A stretch of DNA of 64,000 bases from a virus, in the IMG/VR virus record IMGVR_UViG_3300009506_000122, positions 3,202 through 67,201 of that record. One strand, 5' to 3'. The translations under genes and the position numbers were made by a program. Shown in pieces: positions 1 to 9,877 of this stretch. The notes under the pieces are model-generated. The model ran no database searches. It saw only the letters and a list, made by a program, of their open reading frames with translations, and was not told the origin of the DNA. Every line of letters begins with the position of its first letter. The first letter of the stretch is position 1.

Positions 1-91
1 GATACGATTGCAGTTTATAATAGGATTCATACTGGTCAAATAAGCGTTAGGAAAAAAATTACAGCCCCAACACTTTTTTGAAAGATTTTTC

Positions 92-120
92 TTGACAAGC
101 TACTTGGGGTTGTATATGTT
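92..120 (+). promoter_or_regulatory. sigma70-type promoter
   Basis: TTGACA at 92-97, 17-bp spacer, TATGTT at 115-120; upstream of RBS GAGGAGG and ORF 178. Confidence 0.55.
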
Positions 121-177
121 GTGTCAATCTTGCTGTGTCGCAACCATTAATCCTTATCAAATTTAGAGGAGGTAACA

Positions 178-717
178 ATGAGTAAGGAAGATCGTTTGCA
201 AAAGCGTGTCGATGCTCTCGACAACGCACGACTAAAGGAACAAGTCAAGGTTATAAACGAGTTGGGAGTTGCTGACAAAATCAGACTCGTTGGTTTAAAG
301 AAACTTGACATGGTCAATCAATTCACACTCGCTGTGGAAAAAGTCGCAGAAGTTCAGGGTGAGGAAGCTATTCCTGATACATGCTCTGATCTTTATAACG
401 ACCTGCACACAGACGATGAATCCCCGCTTGACGCTGCCCCCGCTGAAACGCCTAAGAAAACTCCCCCGAAAAAAGCGGCTGGTGGTGAAGGTAAGAAAGC
501 GGGCCCTCCGAAGAAGCCCCTTGACGAATATGGTACTCGGGAAGGGACGCTCGCTCACACTTTCGTTCAGGAAGTGAAGAAGAAACCCCAATCTATGGAA
601 GATGTTCGTAAAGCTGACTGGAATCCTCGTGGGTATCACTTCAACGATACTCTCCGCCGTCTCGAAGCTGACAAAAAAGCCACTGTGAATAAAGACGGGG
701 TTATCACCATCAAGTAG
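178..717 (+). CDS. hypothetical protein with Lys/Pro-rich linker, possibly DNA-binding
   Basis: 179-aa ORF with strong RBS (GAGGAGGT); no family recognised. Confidence 0.7.
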   Translation: MSKEDRLQKRVDALDNARLKEQVKVINELGVADKIRLVGLKKLDMVNQFTLAVEKVAEVQGEEAIPDTCSDLYNDLHTDDESPLDAAPAETPKKTPPKKAAGGEGKKAGPPKKPLDEYGTREGTLAHTFVQEVKKKPQSMEDVRKADWNPRGYHFNDTLRRLEADKKATVNKDGVITIK

Positions 718-724
718 GTACGTT

Positions 725-1441
725 ATGGACTTGATTAACGCTACGAGTCCAGCAGATGCTTGGGTAAAAGCCACCAAGCATTTGCTGGACAATGGTCATT
801 GGGTGCATGACATTGTTGAAATACTGAATGTCTGCATATCGATTAGCTCAGAACATTGGTCTTCACCCGAACATGCGGCTACATATAAGCTGTTCGACAA
901 ATTGTTTAGACAGGTGTTTGGGGATGAAAGAATCGATTATGCCTCATCTGTGACATTCATTCATCCACCCAAAGGTGGTCTGTTCGGCAAGCGTACCTAT
1001 GTGTTCTTGAACGATAGATGGAGAGACTCATACTGGGGTCGTATGGTAGCTTACCGTGGAGAAGTCAATCAAATTGAAAACGCAATCTACATGTTAAGTC
1101 AGGGGAAGAATATCAAACGCTGTCAGGTTATGGTATATGACCCTACTATCGATATGAAAAACATGTATAAACAACCATGCTTGCTTGGTATCGATTTCAA
1201 ACCTCGAAACGGTAGGCTATTTACGACCGCTTTTTTTAGAAGTCAACGTGTATCTAAAAGTGGTTATGCGGACTACATAGCCCTTTGCAAACTCGCAAAG
1301 TATGTGGCAAAAGAATCAAAGTTAGAAGTCGGCACAGTAGATATAATCGCTTGTTCTCTGCATTTAACCAAAGAGAATCAAGAGCGAACCAAATCTCTCG
1401 AACTCTTAGACTTACTGGAACAAAACTCATGGCAATTCTGA
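725..1441 (+). CDS. thymidylate synthase-fold protein (dCMP hydroxymethylase-like)
   Basis: Catalytic PC motif (QPCLL), then FRSQRVSKSGYAD aligning to RSxDxxxGxxxN/D, and CSLHL aligning to the SxHxY region. Confidence 0.7.
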   Translation: MDLINATSPADAWVKATKHLLDNGHWVHDIVEILNVCISISSEHWSSPEHAATYKLFDKLFRQVFGDERIDYASSVTFIHPPKGGLFGKRTYVFLNDRWRDSYWGRMVAYRGEVNQIENAIYMLSQGKNIKRCQVMVYDPTIDMKNMYKQPCLLGIDFKPRNGRLFTTAFFRSQRVSKSGYADYIALCKLAKYVAKESKLEVGTVDIIACSLHLTKENQERTKSLELLDLLEQNSWQF

Positions 1442-3690
1442 TTCAATTACCTAACACCGCATCCACTTCTAAGTACCCTAAAACTTTCCCTCACCCACTA
1501 AACCTTGCATCTATAATTAAGTCAGACGATGTTATTGTGGATATAGCTGTCTCTACATTTAGAAAGAGACAATCGGAAGTATTTGAAGCTATTGATAATG
1601 TTATCAGCGACCTACTGTCTACTGATAAAATTATAGTTAATGCTGGAGACTTCCCACCTGATGCGGCTTACGCTGTTTATTACGACTATTTCTTCGATCA
1701 CATGACGTTCCCTTATAAAGCGGTAGGAACGTATGCTAAATTAAAAAGAGACTGGCTTGAAAAACGGTATAAAAATTTCTCGTTTTTAGAGGAAGATGTA
1801 GTTTACCCTAAGTATGACTCGATTGATTATAGTCTATATCCTAAGGTAGATAATAAAGTTAGGGCATCTATTAGAGCCTCTTGGGGTTGTCCAAGAAGTT
1901 GTAGTATGTGTCCTGTACCTACCTACTTCGATCACAAATATGTCTACTTCGATCCTAAAAAAGTAGCAGAAGAAATAAAATTTTTATATGAGAACAGGAA
2001 TATACGCTATTTCACATTCGTTGACGATAATCTCTCCCATCATCCCAAGTTCGTCAAACTTCTCCTCGAAATAAGAAAGCTAAAACTGAAAGGAGTTACA
2101 TTTCATTGTCAAGAAGGTTTTGATCTTGGCACATTTGATATGAAGCGAGCAAGACTTATCAAGGCTTTAAACTTTGACGATGTTAAAATAGCCTTCGAAT
2201 CAGTAATACCACGGACTACTGAGCTTATTAACAAGTCAAGCATAAACCCAGATTCTATAAATAAAGTCTTGGACATAATCAACGAAACAGAACTCAATGT
2301 TAAGGCGTTCATGCTTCTTGGTCTTGACGAAACTGAGGAAGAGATCATTGAAAATTTGAAATTCTTTGCTCGGAACAAAATGACTCTCCGTATCAACATC
2401 GTTCGTGACTATGGTAATTTACCAAAAGAAATTTTGGAAGCAAGAATGGACGATAAGAAGCTCAAACATTATAAGGCTCTCGCTTATGCGTCAAGTTTTT
2501 ATACTGAGCGATTTGGGCTGAACATTTTCGAATGTGACGGTGAGGAGTTTGAACGCAAGACTGGTTTGAAATATGATGGTGTCGATACCATTACAGGCAA
2601 GACTAACTATGGTTTTCAAACGAGCAGGCTTGAAAAGGGCATAAAATGGTTCTTTAAAAAAGACATCGAAAGCAACGATGGCAAACAAATTAAATTGGTT
2701 TGCGATCATAAAGAAGACGCCACTACATGTGATCTACCAGAACAGGATACTACTAAAGGATTTACCGCTGATGCGCTCAAAAAAAGCAGAGAGATCAGGA
2801 AAGAGTTTATGGCTAAATTTGGTGTCGAAGGTAAAGTGCCTACTTCGATACTGATTCACGATAGAAAGGAATATAGATATGAAACCATTGATCTATCAGC
2901 TCAACGAAGGGGAGGTAATTACGTCCATCATTATCGACTTAACAGGCAAAAAATGCACGAGCGAGAAGACTATACCCCCGGGCTTGAAAAGACTGGTTTT
3001 GAAACGCAGGGAAGAACTGGATATATATCAGGATTTCCTCAAAACGTTGGGCGCTTCATCATTCAAATGTACTGTCCCGATCCCCCCGCCCTTATCTACG
3101 ATCCCTTTGCTGGGCATAATAGTCGTATGCAACTCTGCTTCAAACTCGGACACAATTATATTGGTGTAGATTGTTGTCACGAGTTTATGGAAGATAACAA
3201 GACAATCAAAGATATACTCTATGAGAGAAAGGGACAACAGCTTGTCGAGACTTGGGATCAATCAATCTTTCTGTTCGAACAGAGTTCCGAGAGTGTGCCT
3301 GCTGTGAAGGATGAAATTTGTGATTTCACTATAACATCACCTCCATATTGGGACTTAGAATACTACGGTCCAGAAGAGGAACAACTCGGTACCGGCAAGA
3401 CTTATGAACAGTTTTTAGACGGCATCGAACGTGTAGTAAAAGAAAACTTCCGGGTACTAAAGCCAGGTAGTTTTTGTGCTTGGTTCATCAATGACTTCCG
3501 CAAGAAAAAGAAATTCTATCCGTATCATTCTCATATCTACGAAATACTTATCAATGCAGGCTTTGAGGGATTCAATATCTATATAGTTGATCTTGGAGCT
3601 ACTGTTAATCACATGTTTGTACAGGACATTCTTAATCATAAAATACTGCCAAAGAGACATGAGTACTGCATACTGGTTAAGAAACCGTAA
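1429..3690 (+). CDS. radical SAM domain (B12-binding-like N-terminus) fused to an amino (N4/N6) DNA methyltransferase-like domain
   Basis: SWGCPRSCSMC (CxxxCxxC) and FVDDN; C-terminal DPFAG (motif I) and TSPPYW (motif IV). ATG at 1429 preferred over the track start at 1285. Confidence 0.75.
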   Translation: MAILIQLPNTASTSKYPKTFPHPLNLASIIKSDDVIVDIAVSTFRKRQSEVFEAIDNVISDLLSTDKIIVNAGDFPPDAAYAVYYDYFFDHMTFPYKAVGTYAKLKRDWLEKRYKNFSFLEEDVVYPKYDSIDYSLYPKVDNKVRASIRASWGCPRSCSMCPVPTYFDHKYVYFDPKKVAEEIKFLYENRNIRYFTFVDDNLSHHPKFVKLLLEIRKLKLKGVTFHCQEGFDLGTFDMKRARLIKALNFDDVKIAFESVIPRTTELINKSSINPDSINKVLDIINETELNVKAFMLLGLDETEEEIIENLKFFARNKMTLRINIVRDYGNLPKEILEARMDDKKLKHYKALAYASSFYTERFGLNIFECDGEEFERKTGLKYDGVDTITGKTNYGFQTSRLEKGIKWFFKKDIESNDGKQIKLVCDHKEDATTCDLPEQDTTKGFTADALKKSREIRKEFMAKFGVEGKVPTSILIHDRKEYRYETIDLSAQRRGGNYVHHYRLNRQKMHEREDYTPGLEKTGFETQGRTGYISGFPQNVGRFIIQMYCPDPPALIYDPFAGHNSRMQLCFKLGHNYIGVDCCHEFMEDNKTIKDILYERKGQQLVETWDQSIFLFEQSSESVPAVKDEICDFTITSPPYWDLEYYGPEEEQLGTGKTYEQFLDGIERVVKENFRVLKPGSFCAWFINDFRKKKKFYPYHSHIYEILINAGFEGFNIYIVDLGATVNHMFVQDILNHKILPKRHEYCILVKKP

Positions 3691-3707
3691 TCACCGAGGA
3701 GGTGAAC

Positions 3708-4220
3708 ATGAGCATGGTCAGTATAAAAGTCTTTGATTTCAACGAGAATCAACTTGACATCCTGAAAAAACTTTACCAAAAACATCTGATTAAGGATAAC
3801 AAGTGGCACTTCTTTTGGGAAGGTGACTATACTCTTATTCGCTGTCAAGAAGTAATGGCTTCGAAAGTCATGCGATTCCTGAGATTTTACAAAGTAAGAA
3901 GTAAAAATGAAGGAGAATGGATAGACAACATTAATATAACCTTGAAATACCAAAATCAATTTCAGGATATATTTCATGGCTTCTCAATTATAGCTATGAA
4001 GTGTACGGATGAAGAAATCGACATGCTCCTTGATAGAATGGTTCATTGTTTTCTAAACAATGTAACAACCGTAGAGAGACGAGACGGAGACTATATATTT
4101 TGGGAACCCATGAAGATAATAACAAATGCAGTACAACGGGCGGTATTTATTGGTCAAATGATAGAAAGGAGCAAACATGGTTCTGTCAGAGAAAGAATCA
4201 AGGAAGGCAAAGGTGAATAG
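3708..4220 (+). CDS. hypothetical protein
   Basis: ORF with RBS GAGGAGGTG before ATG 3708. Confidence 0.6.
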   Translation: MSMVSIKVFDFNENQLDILKKLYQKHLIKDNKWHFFWEGDYTLIRCQEVMASKVMRFLRFYKVRSKNEGEWIDNINITLKYQNQFQDIFHGFSIIAMKCTDEEIDMLLDRMVHCFLNNVTTVERRDGDYIFWEPMKIITNAVQRAVFIGQMIERSKHGSVRERIKEGKGE

Positions 4221-4422
4221 GTTATTCGAGCAGTTTTTGGGTGAGTTATGCGATCACATCAGAGTTGCAGGGGGAATAGGTGATCCTAACAGAATCAGAA
4301 AACAGAGTCTTGAGGAAATCTACAAAGAACTTGAACCCAACGATATTGTTATTGGATTCAGAAACAAACGAATGACTGGTCAATACCAACTCAGTCACCA
4401 AATGAGAGACATATTCGATTAG
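4177..4422 (+). CDS. hypothetical protein
   Basis: ORF in operon with AAGGAG RBS. Confidence 0.55.
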   Translation: MVLSEKESRKAKVNRLFEQFLGELCDHIRVAGGIGDPNRIRKQSLEEIYKELEPNDIVIGFRNKRMTGQYQLSHQMRDIFD

Positions 4423-4431
4423 GGGGATATT

Positions 4432-4740
4432 ATGGCTGAATACATATTTGATCGTGGTAAGTTTGGTAAGTACAATATCCCTGCTTGGGCTGGTCAAACT
4501 CGTGCTTTGAAACTCGTTCGGCTTCTCGTGAAGCAGGGTTATTCTGGTATCGTGTACGAAGAAGGTCCATTAGAGTTTTATAACCAAGACAACTTTACAA
4601 GAAATCTTCGACACAACTTTATGAATACCTGGCGTTACAAGGATAGAATAATACTAAATAGAATAATCGAAAAGGGTTTAACTGGTCAATCACCTTCACA
4701 CTATAAAGTCAAATTTAAGGAGAGACAAAATGAGAATTAA
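4432..4740 (+). CDS. hypothetical protein
   Basis: ORF packed in operon. Confidence 0.55.
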   Translation: MAEYIFDRGKFGKYNIPAWAGQTRALKLVRLLVKQGYSGIVYEEGPLEFYNQDNFTRNLRHNFMNTWRYKDRIILNRIIEKGLTGQSPSHYKVKFKERQNEN

Positions 4741-5839
4741 AAAGGACGAGCTTCTTAAAATTTTAGAGATTTCCCGAATGGCTGTCGCTGGTTCAGATCA
4801 TCTTGAACAGCTTGGTCACTTTATCTTTGGGGGCGAAAATCTAATCACCTTCAACAATCGCCTGCTTATTTACTATCCATTCGAGACTGACTTTCAATGC
4901 TCTGTTGAATCCGAATTGTTTTACAAACAGATGCAGAAGTACAAGACCGCTGAGATTGAAATTCTTCTGAAAGGAAATCGTCTCGAAGTAGAGGGAAAGT
5001 TAGAGACCGCCAAGCTCGCTGTCACTCTCGAACAAGACAAAGAGATTTTCGGGATCATCGACACCATTCGGGATGAACAATTAAAGGTTGGGTATGTAAA
5101 AGTACCTACCGACTTTGCTAAAGCTGTTGATTTATGCTCCTACTCAGCGTCTAAGAACGCCGCAGATGGAACACTATGCTGTGTCTGTATTAGCGGAAAT
5201 ACTGTCATGTCTACCGACAATTACCGAGCAACCCAATACACTTTGGAATCTGAAATGTCACCGAAAGACATACTACTGGACGCTCGAATCGCTAATGAGA
5301 TCAAGCGTTTCCAGATGAACGAGTTTGGTATTGGCGAAAACTGGTTGCACTTCAAGAATGAAGGTGGTGTAGTACTGAGCGCACGTCAGATATTTGGGGA
5401 CTACATGGACATCAGTTCCGCTTTTGATTTTGAAGGTAAGCGAATGAAATTACCAGACCAGACTTTAGAAGTCCTTGACTTCGTTAGTCCAGTTATTGCT
5501 AATGAACAACAGCTTGAAAGGAAAGCGTCAATCGTTATCAAAAACGGTGTGCTTACTGCTTGTGTTGACACTAACCGAGCTTGTGTAGAGAAAGGCGTTG
5601 AACTGATAGAACGGTATAAAGACTTGGATATGACGTTTGTTATTAACGTTGACTTTTTTAAGAATATCCTCGAACACACGTCTACCATGATATACGACAT
5701 AAATTCCGGTAGAGCGATGTTCAGGTCTAAAAACTTTAAACATTGTATTAGAATGATGCCAGAGATCAACACTCCAGAACAAGCTAAAGCCGCTGTCGAA
5801 GCAAGTGGGGAAGTTGAAGATGATGATATTCCTTTTTAA
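4730..5839 (+). CDS. dnaN: DNA polymerase III beta-type sliding clamp
   Basis: 369 aa; N-terminal MRIKKDELLKIL and STDNYR (ATDGHRL-like) motif; lies next to polymerase and clamp loader. Confidence 0.7.
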   Translation: MRIKKDELLKILEISRMAVAGSDHLEQLGHFIFGGENLITFNNRLLIYYPFETDFQCSVESELFYKQMQKYKTAEIEILLKGNRLEVEGKLETAKLAVTLEQDKEIFGIIDTIRDEQLKVGYVKVPTDFAKAVDLCSYSASKNAADGTLCCVCISGNTVMSTDNYRATQYTLESEMSPKDILLDARIANEIKRFQMNEFGIGENWLHFKNEGGVVLSARQIFGDYMDISSAFDFEGKRMKLPDQTLEVLDFVSPVIANEQQLERKASIVIKNGVLTACVDTNRACVEKGVELIERYKDLDMTFVINVDFFKNILEHTSTMIYDINSGRAMFRSKNFKHCIRMMPEINTPEQAKAAVEASGEVEDDDIPF

Positions 5840-5937
5840 TTGGTTAGAAAGTCCTTTACCTGACTATATTTGTAAGGTGGATTTGTTTTACTTTGCGTTA
5901 ATCTGTTTAGCTTTAGGAGTTTTTATAGGTACTCGTT

Positions 5938-8547
5938 ATGGAAGGTTTTTTCACAAGAGACGAAATAGAGAGGAACGCAGTTAGACGTATTGACGCTGAC
6001 TCCGCATGTCTCGAATGTGGTCTATACACTAAATGCAAATCACCTAAGATGGAAGTACATGGTGAAGGCAAGTTAAATTGTCTGCTACTTGCAGAAGCTC
6101 CTGGGGGAGAAGAAGACGAGTATGGTCAACAACTTGTGGGACCTACTGGTAGTTTCTTTAAGAACAGGCTTTTAAAGAATCGCTTTTACTTGAAGACTGA
6201 CTTTTGGAGATTAAACGCAGTTAATTGCAGACCAACCACACCCAAAGGTACAAACAGAACTCCTACCACACATGAGATCGATTGTTGTAGACCAATGGTA
6301 ATGGATACAATCGAAAAACTAAAGCCAAAATTTATCTGGCCGATGGGAGGTATAGCTCTTGAATCTTTGTTTAGCCAAGATTTTAAACGCTTGTCAATAG
6401 GTAGATGGCGTGGAACGTTTATACCAGATCAACAATACCAATGTTGGATTATGCCCCTATACCATCCCTCTTACCCTAACCGAGATAAATCAAACAGAAA
6501 CTTAAACGCCTTCTACGATCACGATTTAAAAAGAGCCCTCGATTTTGTTAGAGTGCAAACACCTCTTGATTTTCCAATATATCCTAATGGTAAAAAGAAT
6601 GTGGACGTTGTAACTGACTTTGATTCTATCATTTCGGCTCTCGATCACATATACAATAGTGCTAACCTTATACATATTGACTACGAGACTACTGGCTTAA
6701 AACCATATATACCAGGACACCGTATAGCATCGACAGCTATATCTATATTGGATAGAGTTATAGCTTTTCCTTATGAATATGGTTCATTTTTCACCAATAA
6801 ACAAAGACTAAAAATAAAACGTGGTCTAAGAAAGATATGGAAAAATGAGAACATTAGAAAAGTGGCTCATAATGCTAAGTTTGAGCATATTTGGACTACT
6901 ACAATTCTCGATGTTGTGCCTGCTAATTGGTATTGGTGTACTCTACAAGGAGCTCATATCCAAGACAATCGACAGGCTTGGCCTTCGTTGAAGTTTCAAA
7001 CGTATATACACTTTGGTCAACGTGGTTGGGGGAAGAGTGTCAATAAATACCTTGAAGCGACAGATGGCCCATTTAACAACGTTGACAAATGTCCCTTGTC
7101 TGATCTGCTGTTATACAATGGACTTGATGTTTATTGGACTAACATGTTGCATCAGAAGCAGGAAGAATTTTATAATCATCCAGATAATAGTAGATTAAAG
7201 TTTGCCTTCGATTTGTTTAATGAAGGAAGCATTGTGCTTGCAGACGTTCAAAATAATGGAGTACATGTAGATGAGGAGTATTGTCATGCAGAACAAGAAA
7301 GATTCCAAAAGAGAATTGTCGTCATTGAAAAACGTATTTCTGGAAGCAAAGAGGCTAAACTCTTTGAGAGAAGAACGGGCCGCACTCTTTCCCTCAAAGA
7401 TAAAGACTACTCGGACAATGATTTACAAACATTGTTTTATGATATACTTAATCTCGGTCCTGAAAAGAAAGAGGGTCAACCAGCTCCTCCCAGAAAAGTG
7501 GACGAAGAAACTCTCCAAGATTTTGAATCAGAAGTTGCTGATCTCGTACTTAAACGTAGGAAGTTTAGGAAGATTGAAGGAACATATCTCGCACAATTCA
7601 TAAGGGAAACATATTATGGTATTATGTATCCTTGGTATGATCTTATTATTCCTGTATCATATCGTGGTTCGTCACATGATCCCAACTTTCAAAACATTCC
7701 CAAGAGAGACGAGCAAGCTAAAAAGGCTACCCGTAGAGCTATCATACCAAGTCCGGGTAATCAGTTATTAGAGTCTGACTTCTCTGGCATTGAGGTTTGT
7801 ATAAATGCTTGCTACAATCAAGACCCAACGCTTATCGCTAACGTTACCGATCCGACTCAAGATATGCACAGAGATACAGCCGCTGATCTTTGGATGATAC
7901 CGATAAAAGAAGTCCACAAGAAAGTGAGATTCTATGCAAAGAACCAGTGGGTGTTTCCTCAGTTTTATGGTAGCTATTATGTTCAATGTGCTAAAAATCT
8001 TTGGCGCACAGCTAAACGGGAAGAATTAAAAACAAATTCTGGTAAACCCTTGCTTGACATTATGCGCTCGAAGGGTATAACTACTTACTCACAGTTTGAA
8101 GATCATTGTAAGGGAGTAGAAAGGAGCTTCTGGCAGGAACGATTCAAAGTTTATGCACAGTGGAAAAATGATATTCAACGCACTTATCAGAATCAAGGCT
8201 TCATAGAAACATTTCTCGGATTTCAATTCAAAACATATATGGGTAGGAACGAGTGTACTAACTATCCAGCTCAAGGTACAGCCTTTCACATTTTACTATG
8301 GACTCTGATTCAAGTCCATAAAGAGATCAAAAAAAGACAAATGAAATCAAAGATCATAGGTCAGATTCACGATAGTATGATTACCGATGCTGTGCCGAGT
8401 GAAGTAAATGACCTAATCAAGATCATTGATTTTTATGGAACAAAGCGCACCGTTGAAACTTTTAAGTGGATATCGGTGCCTTTGAAGATCGACCACGAAC
8501 TGACTGGTGTAAACGAAAGTTGGTATCTAAAGAAGGAGGTGAAGTAA
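5938..8547 (+). CDS. polA: family A DNA polymerase with N-terminal family-4 UDG-like domain and 3'-5' exonuclease (SPO1-type architecture)
   Basis: CxxC, AEAPG, NCRP and YHPSY (UDG); DYETTG and HNAKFE (exo); PNFQNIP, motif A SDFSGIE and motif C QIHDS. Confidence 0.9.
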   Translation: MEGFFTRDEIERNAVRRIDADSACLECGLYTKCKSPKMEVHGEGKLNCLLLAEAPGGEEDEYGQQLVGPTGSFFKNRLLKNRFYLKTDFWRLNAVNCRPTTPKGTNRTPTTHEIDCCRPMVMDTIEKLKPKFIWPMGGIALESLFSQDFKRLSIGRWRGTFIPDQQYQCWIMPLYHPSYPNRDKSNRNLNAFYDHDLKRALDFVRVQTPLDFPIYPNGKKNVDVVTDFDSIISALDHIYNSANLIHIDYETTGLKPYIPGHRIASTAISILDRVIAFPYEYGSFFTNKQRLKIKRGLRKIWKNENIRKVAHNAKFEHIWTTTILDVVPANWYWCTLQGAHIQDNRQAWPSLKFQTYIHFGQRGWGKSVNKYLEATDGPFNNVDKCPLSDLLLYNGLDVYWTNMLHQKQEEFYNHPDNSRLKFAFDLFNEGSIVLADVQNNGVHVDEEYCHAEQERFQKRIVVIEKRISGSKEAKLFERRTGRTLSLKDKDYSDNDLQTLFYDILNLGPEKKEGQPAPPRKVDEETLQDFESEVADLVLKRRKFRKIEGTYLAQFIRETYYGIMYPWYDLIIPVSYRGSSHDPNFQNIPKRDEQAKKATRRAIIPSPGNQLLESDFSGIEVCINACYNQDPTLIANVTDPTQDMHRDTAADLWMIPIKEVHKKVRFYAKNQWVFPQFYGSYYVQCAKNLWRTAKREELKTNSGKPLLDIMRSKGITTYSQFEDHCKGVERSFWQERFKVYAQWKNDIQRTYQNQGFIETFLGFQFKTYMGRNECTNYPAQGTAFHILLWTLIQVHKEIKKRQMKSKIIGQIHDSMITDAVPSEVNDLIKIIDFYGTKRTVETFKWISVPLKIDHELTGVNESWYLKKEVK

Positions 8548-8548
8548 T

Positions 8549-8872
8549 ATGCCTGGTAAAGGTACTAAGAGTGACGATTATAGCCACAATGCTTGGGTTA
8601 CGGTAAATGGTAAGCCGTGTTACGTTCAGCGTACCATTTTGTTCCAACCTGACAGCATTTCGTTTCCTGAAAAGTATCGAAACAAGCTCCCGTGCTTAGT
8701 CAAGATAGAGCAGGAGTACAAACGTGGCCCGCATAAAGGTGAACCGATGTATCCTGACCTTTACATGTTGCGGGAACACAACATTCTAACTAAAAATCTC
8801 CAGCTCATTCAAAGACGTAAATGTGATGGTTGGGTAATTCCTATTAACGAGTTAGAGAAAGCGAGGGTGTAA
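8549..8872 (+). CDS. hypothetical protein
   Basis: ORF with AAGGAGGTG RBS between polymerase and clamp loader. Confidence 0.6.
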   Translation: MPGKGTKSDDYSHNAWVTVNGKPCYVQRTILFQPDSISFPEKYRNKLPCLVKIEQEYKRGPHKGEPMYPDLYMLREHNILTKNLQLIQRRKCDGWVIPINELEKARV

Positions 8873-8873
8873 G

Positions 8874-9836
8874 ATGGCATTACAGCACGAGTATAGACCC
8901 GATTCGTTGGATTCATTCTTCGGGAATGATGTAACAATCAAAGCCGTGAAGTCTGCGGTAATGAGAGAACAGCCCCCGAAGTCATATTTAATCACAGGAC
9001 CTTCTGGTTGCGGCAAGACTACTTTAGCATACATCATTCGTGATTTGCTCGGCTGTACTCCAAGTGCCTTTCACGAGTTTGATGCTTCCGCTGATAGAGG
9101 TATTGACAAAATCAGAAAAATAAAGGAAGAATCTAAACTGCTTCCTATGACGGGGAATATACTTGTGCTGTTTTTTGACGAGTGCCATCAGATCACAGGA
9201 GCCGCTCAAGAAGCTATGTTGAAGCTACTTGAAGACCCTCCACCTCATGTGTTTTTAATACTTGCAACAACTGAACCAACTAAACTAAAAGATACTATTA
9301 TCCGACGTTGCACCCAGTTCGTGGTTGATCGATTAGACAGAACTAAAACCATTGAGTTGTTGACTCAGATAGCAGAAGCAGAGGGAAAAACTTGGCATAC
9401 TAAGAGACTGTATAGTAAAATATACAAAGTATGTTGGGGCAGTCCTGGTCAAGCAGTTAAGTTGCTCGATCAGGTCTTAGATATGAAGGATGAAGATTTA
9501 GCTATCGAAGCCCTTGCAAGTGTCACCTTTGATGAAACCCTTATCATTGATATTTGTAGGATGCTTACAAATAAAAGCGTTAAAGCCAAAGATAAATGGG
9601 AAAAGATTCGTGAGATGCTTAAAAAATTCAAGGGAGATGCAGAGTCAGCACGTCTTGCCATTCTCGGCTACCTAAATGCAATCTTGTTAAATACCGGAAG
9701 CATAATGATTGCAAAAGTTATGCAGTTATTCCTTGATTCATTTATGCACCAAGGGAAAGCTGGACTAACACTTGCTTTATTCTATGCTTGTCAAGACTTT
9801 GCGGATATGGAAGAAAAATCTCGTCAGCGAAAATAA
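8874..9836 (+). CDS. clamp loader AAA+ ATPase (DnaX/RFC-like)
   Basis: EYRP start, Walker A GPSGCGKTT, Walker B FFDECH, LKLLEDPP, LATTEP, TIIRRC (SRC-like). Confidence 0.85.
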   Translation: MALQHEYRPDSLDSFFGNDVTIKAVKSAVMREQPPKSYLITGPSGCGKTTLAYIIRDLLGCTPSAFHEFDASADRGIDKIRKIKEESKLLPMTGNILVLFFDECHQITGAAQEAMLKLLEDPPPHVFLILATTEPTKLKDTIIRRCTQFVVDRLDRTKTIELLTQIAEAEGKTWHTKRLYSKIYKVCWGSPGQAVKLLDQVLDMKDEDLAIEALASVTFDETLIIDICRMLTNKSVKAKDKWEKIREMLKKFKGDAESARLAILGYLNAILLNTGSIMIAKVMQLFLDSFMHQGKAGLTLALFYACQDFADMEEKSRQRK

Positions 9837-9839
9837 CGC

Positions 9840-9870
9840 TTGACAAAATACGTTTAGAAGTGCTTTAAGG
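9840..9870 (+). promoter_or_regulatory. possible internal promoter
   Basis: TTGACA at 9840-9845 in the intergenic gap; -10 is weak; similar to the element at 61,724-61,753. Confidence 0.35.
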
Positions 9871-9877
9871 GGTAATT

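Noticed and set aside
1285-1428. N-terminal extension of the radical SAM-MTase ORF
   Set aside because: It overlaps the TS-fold gene by more than 140 nt from a TTG start; ATG 1429 fits operon coupling better.
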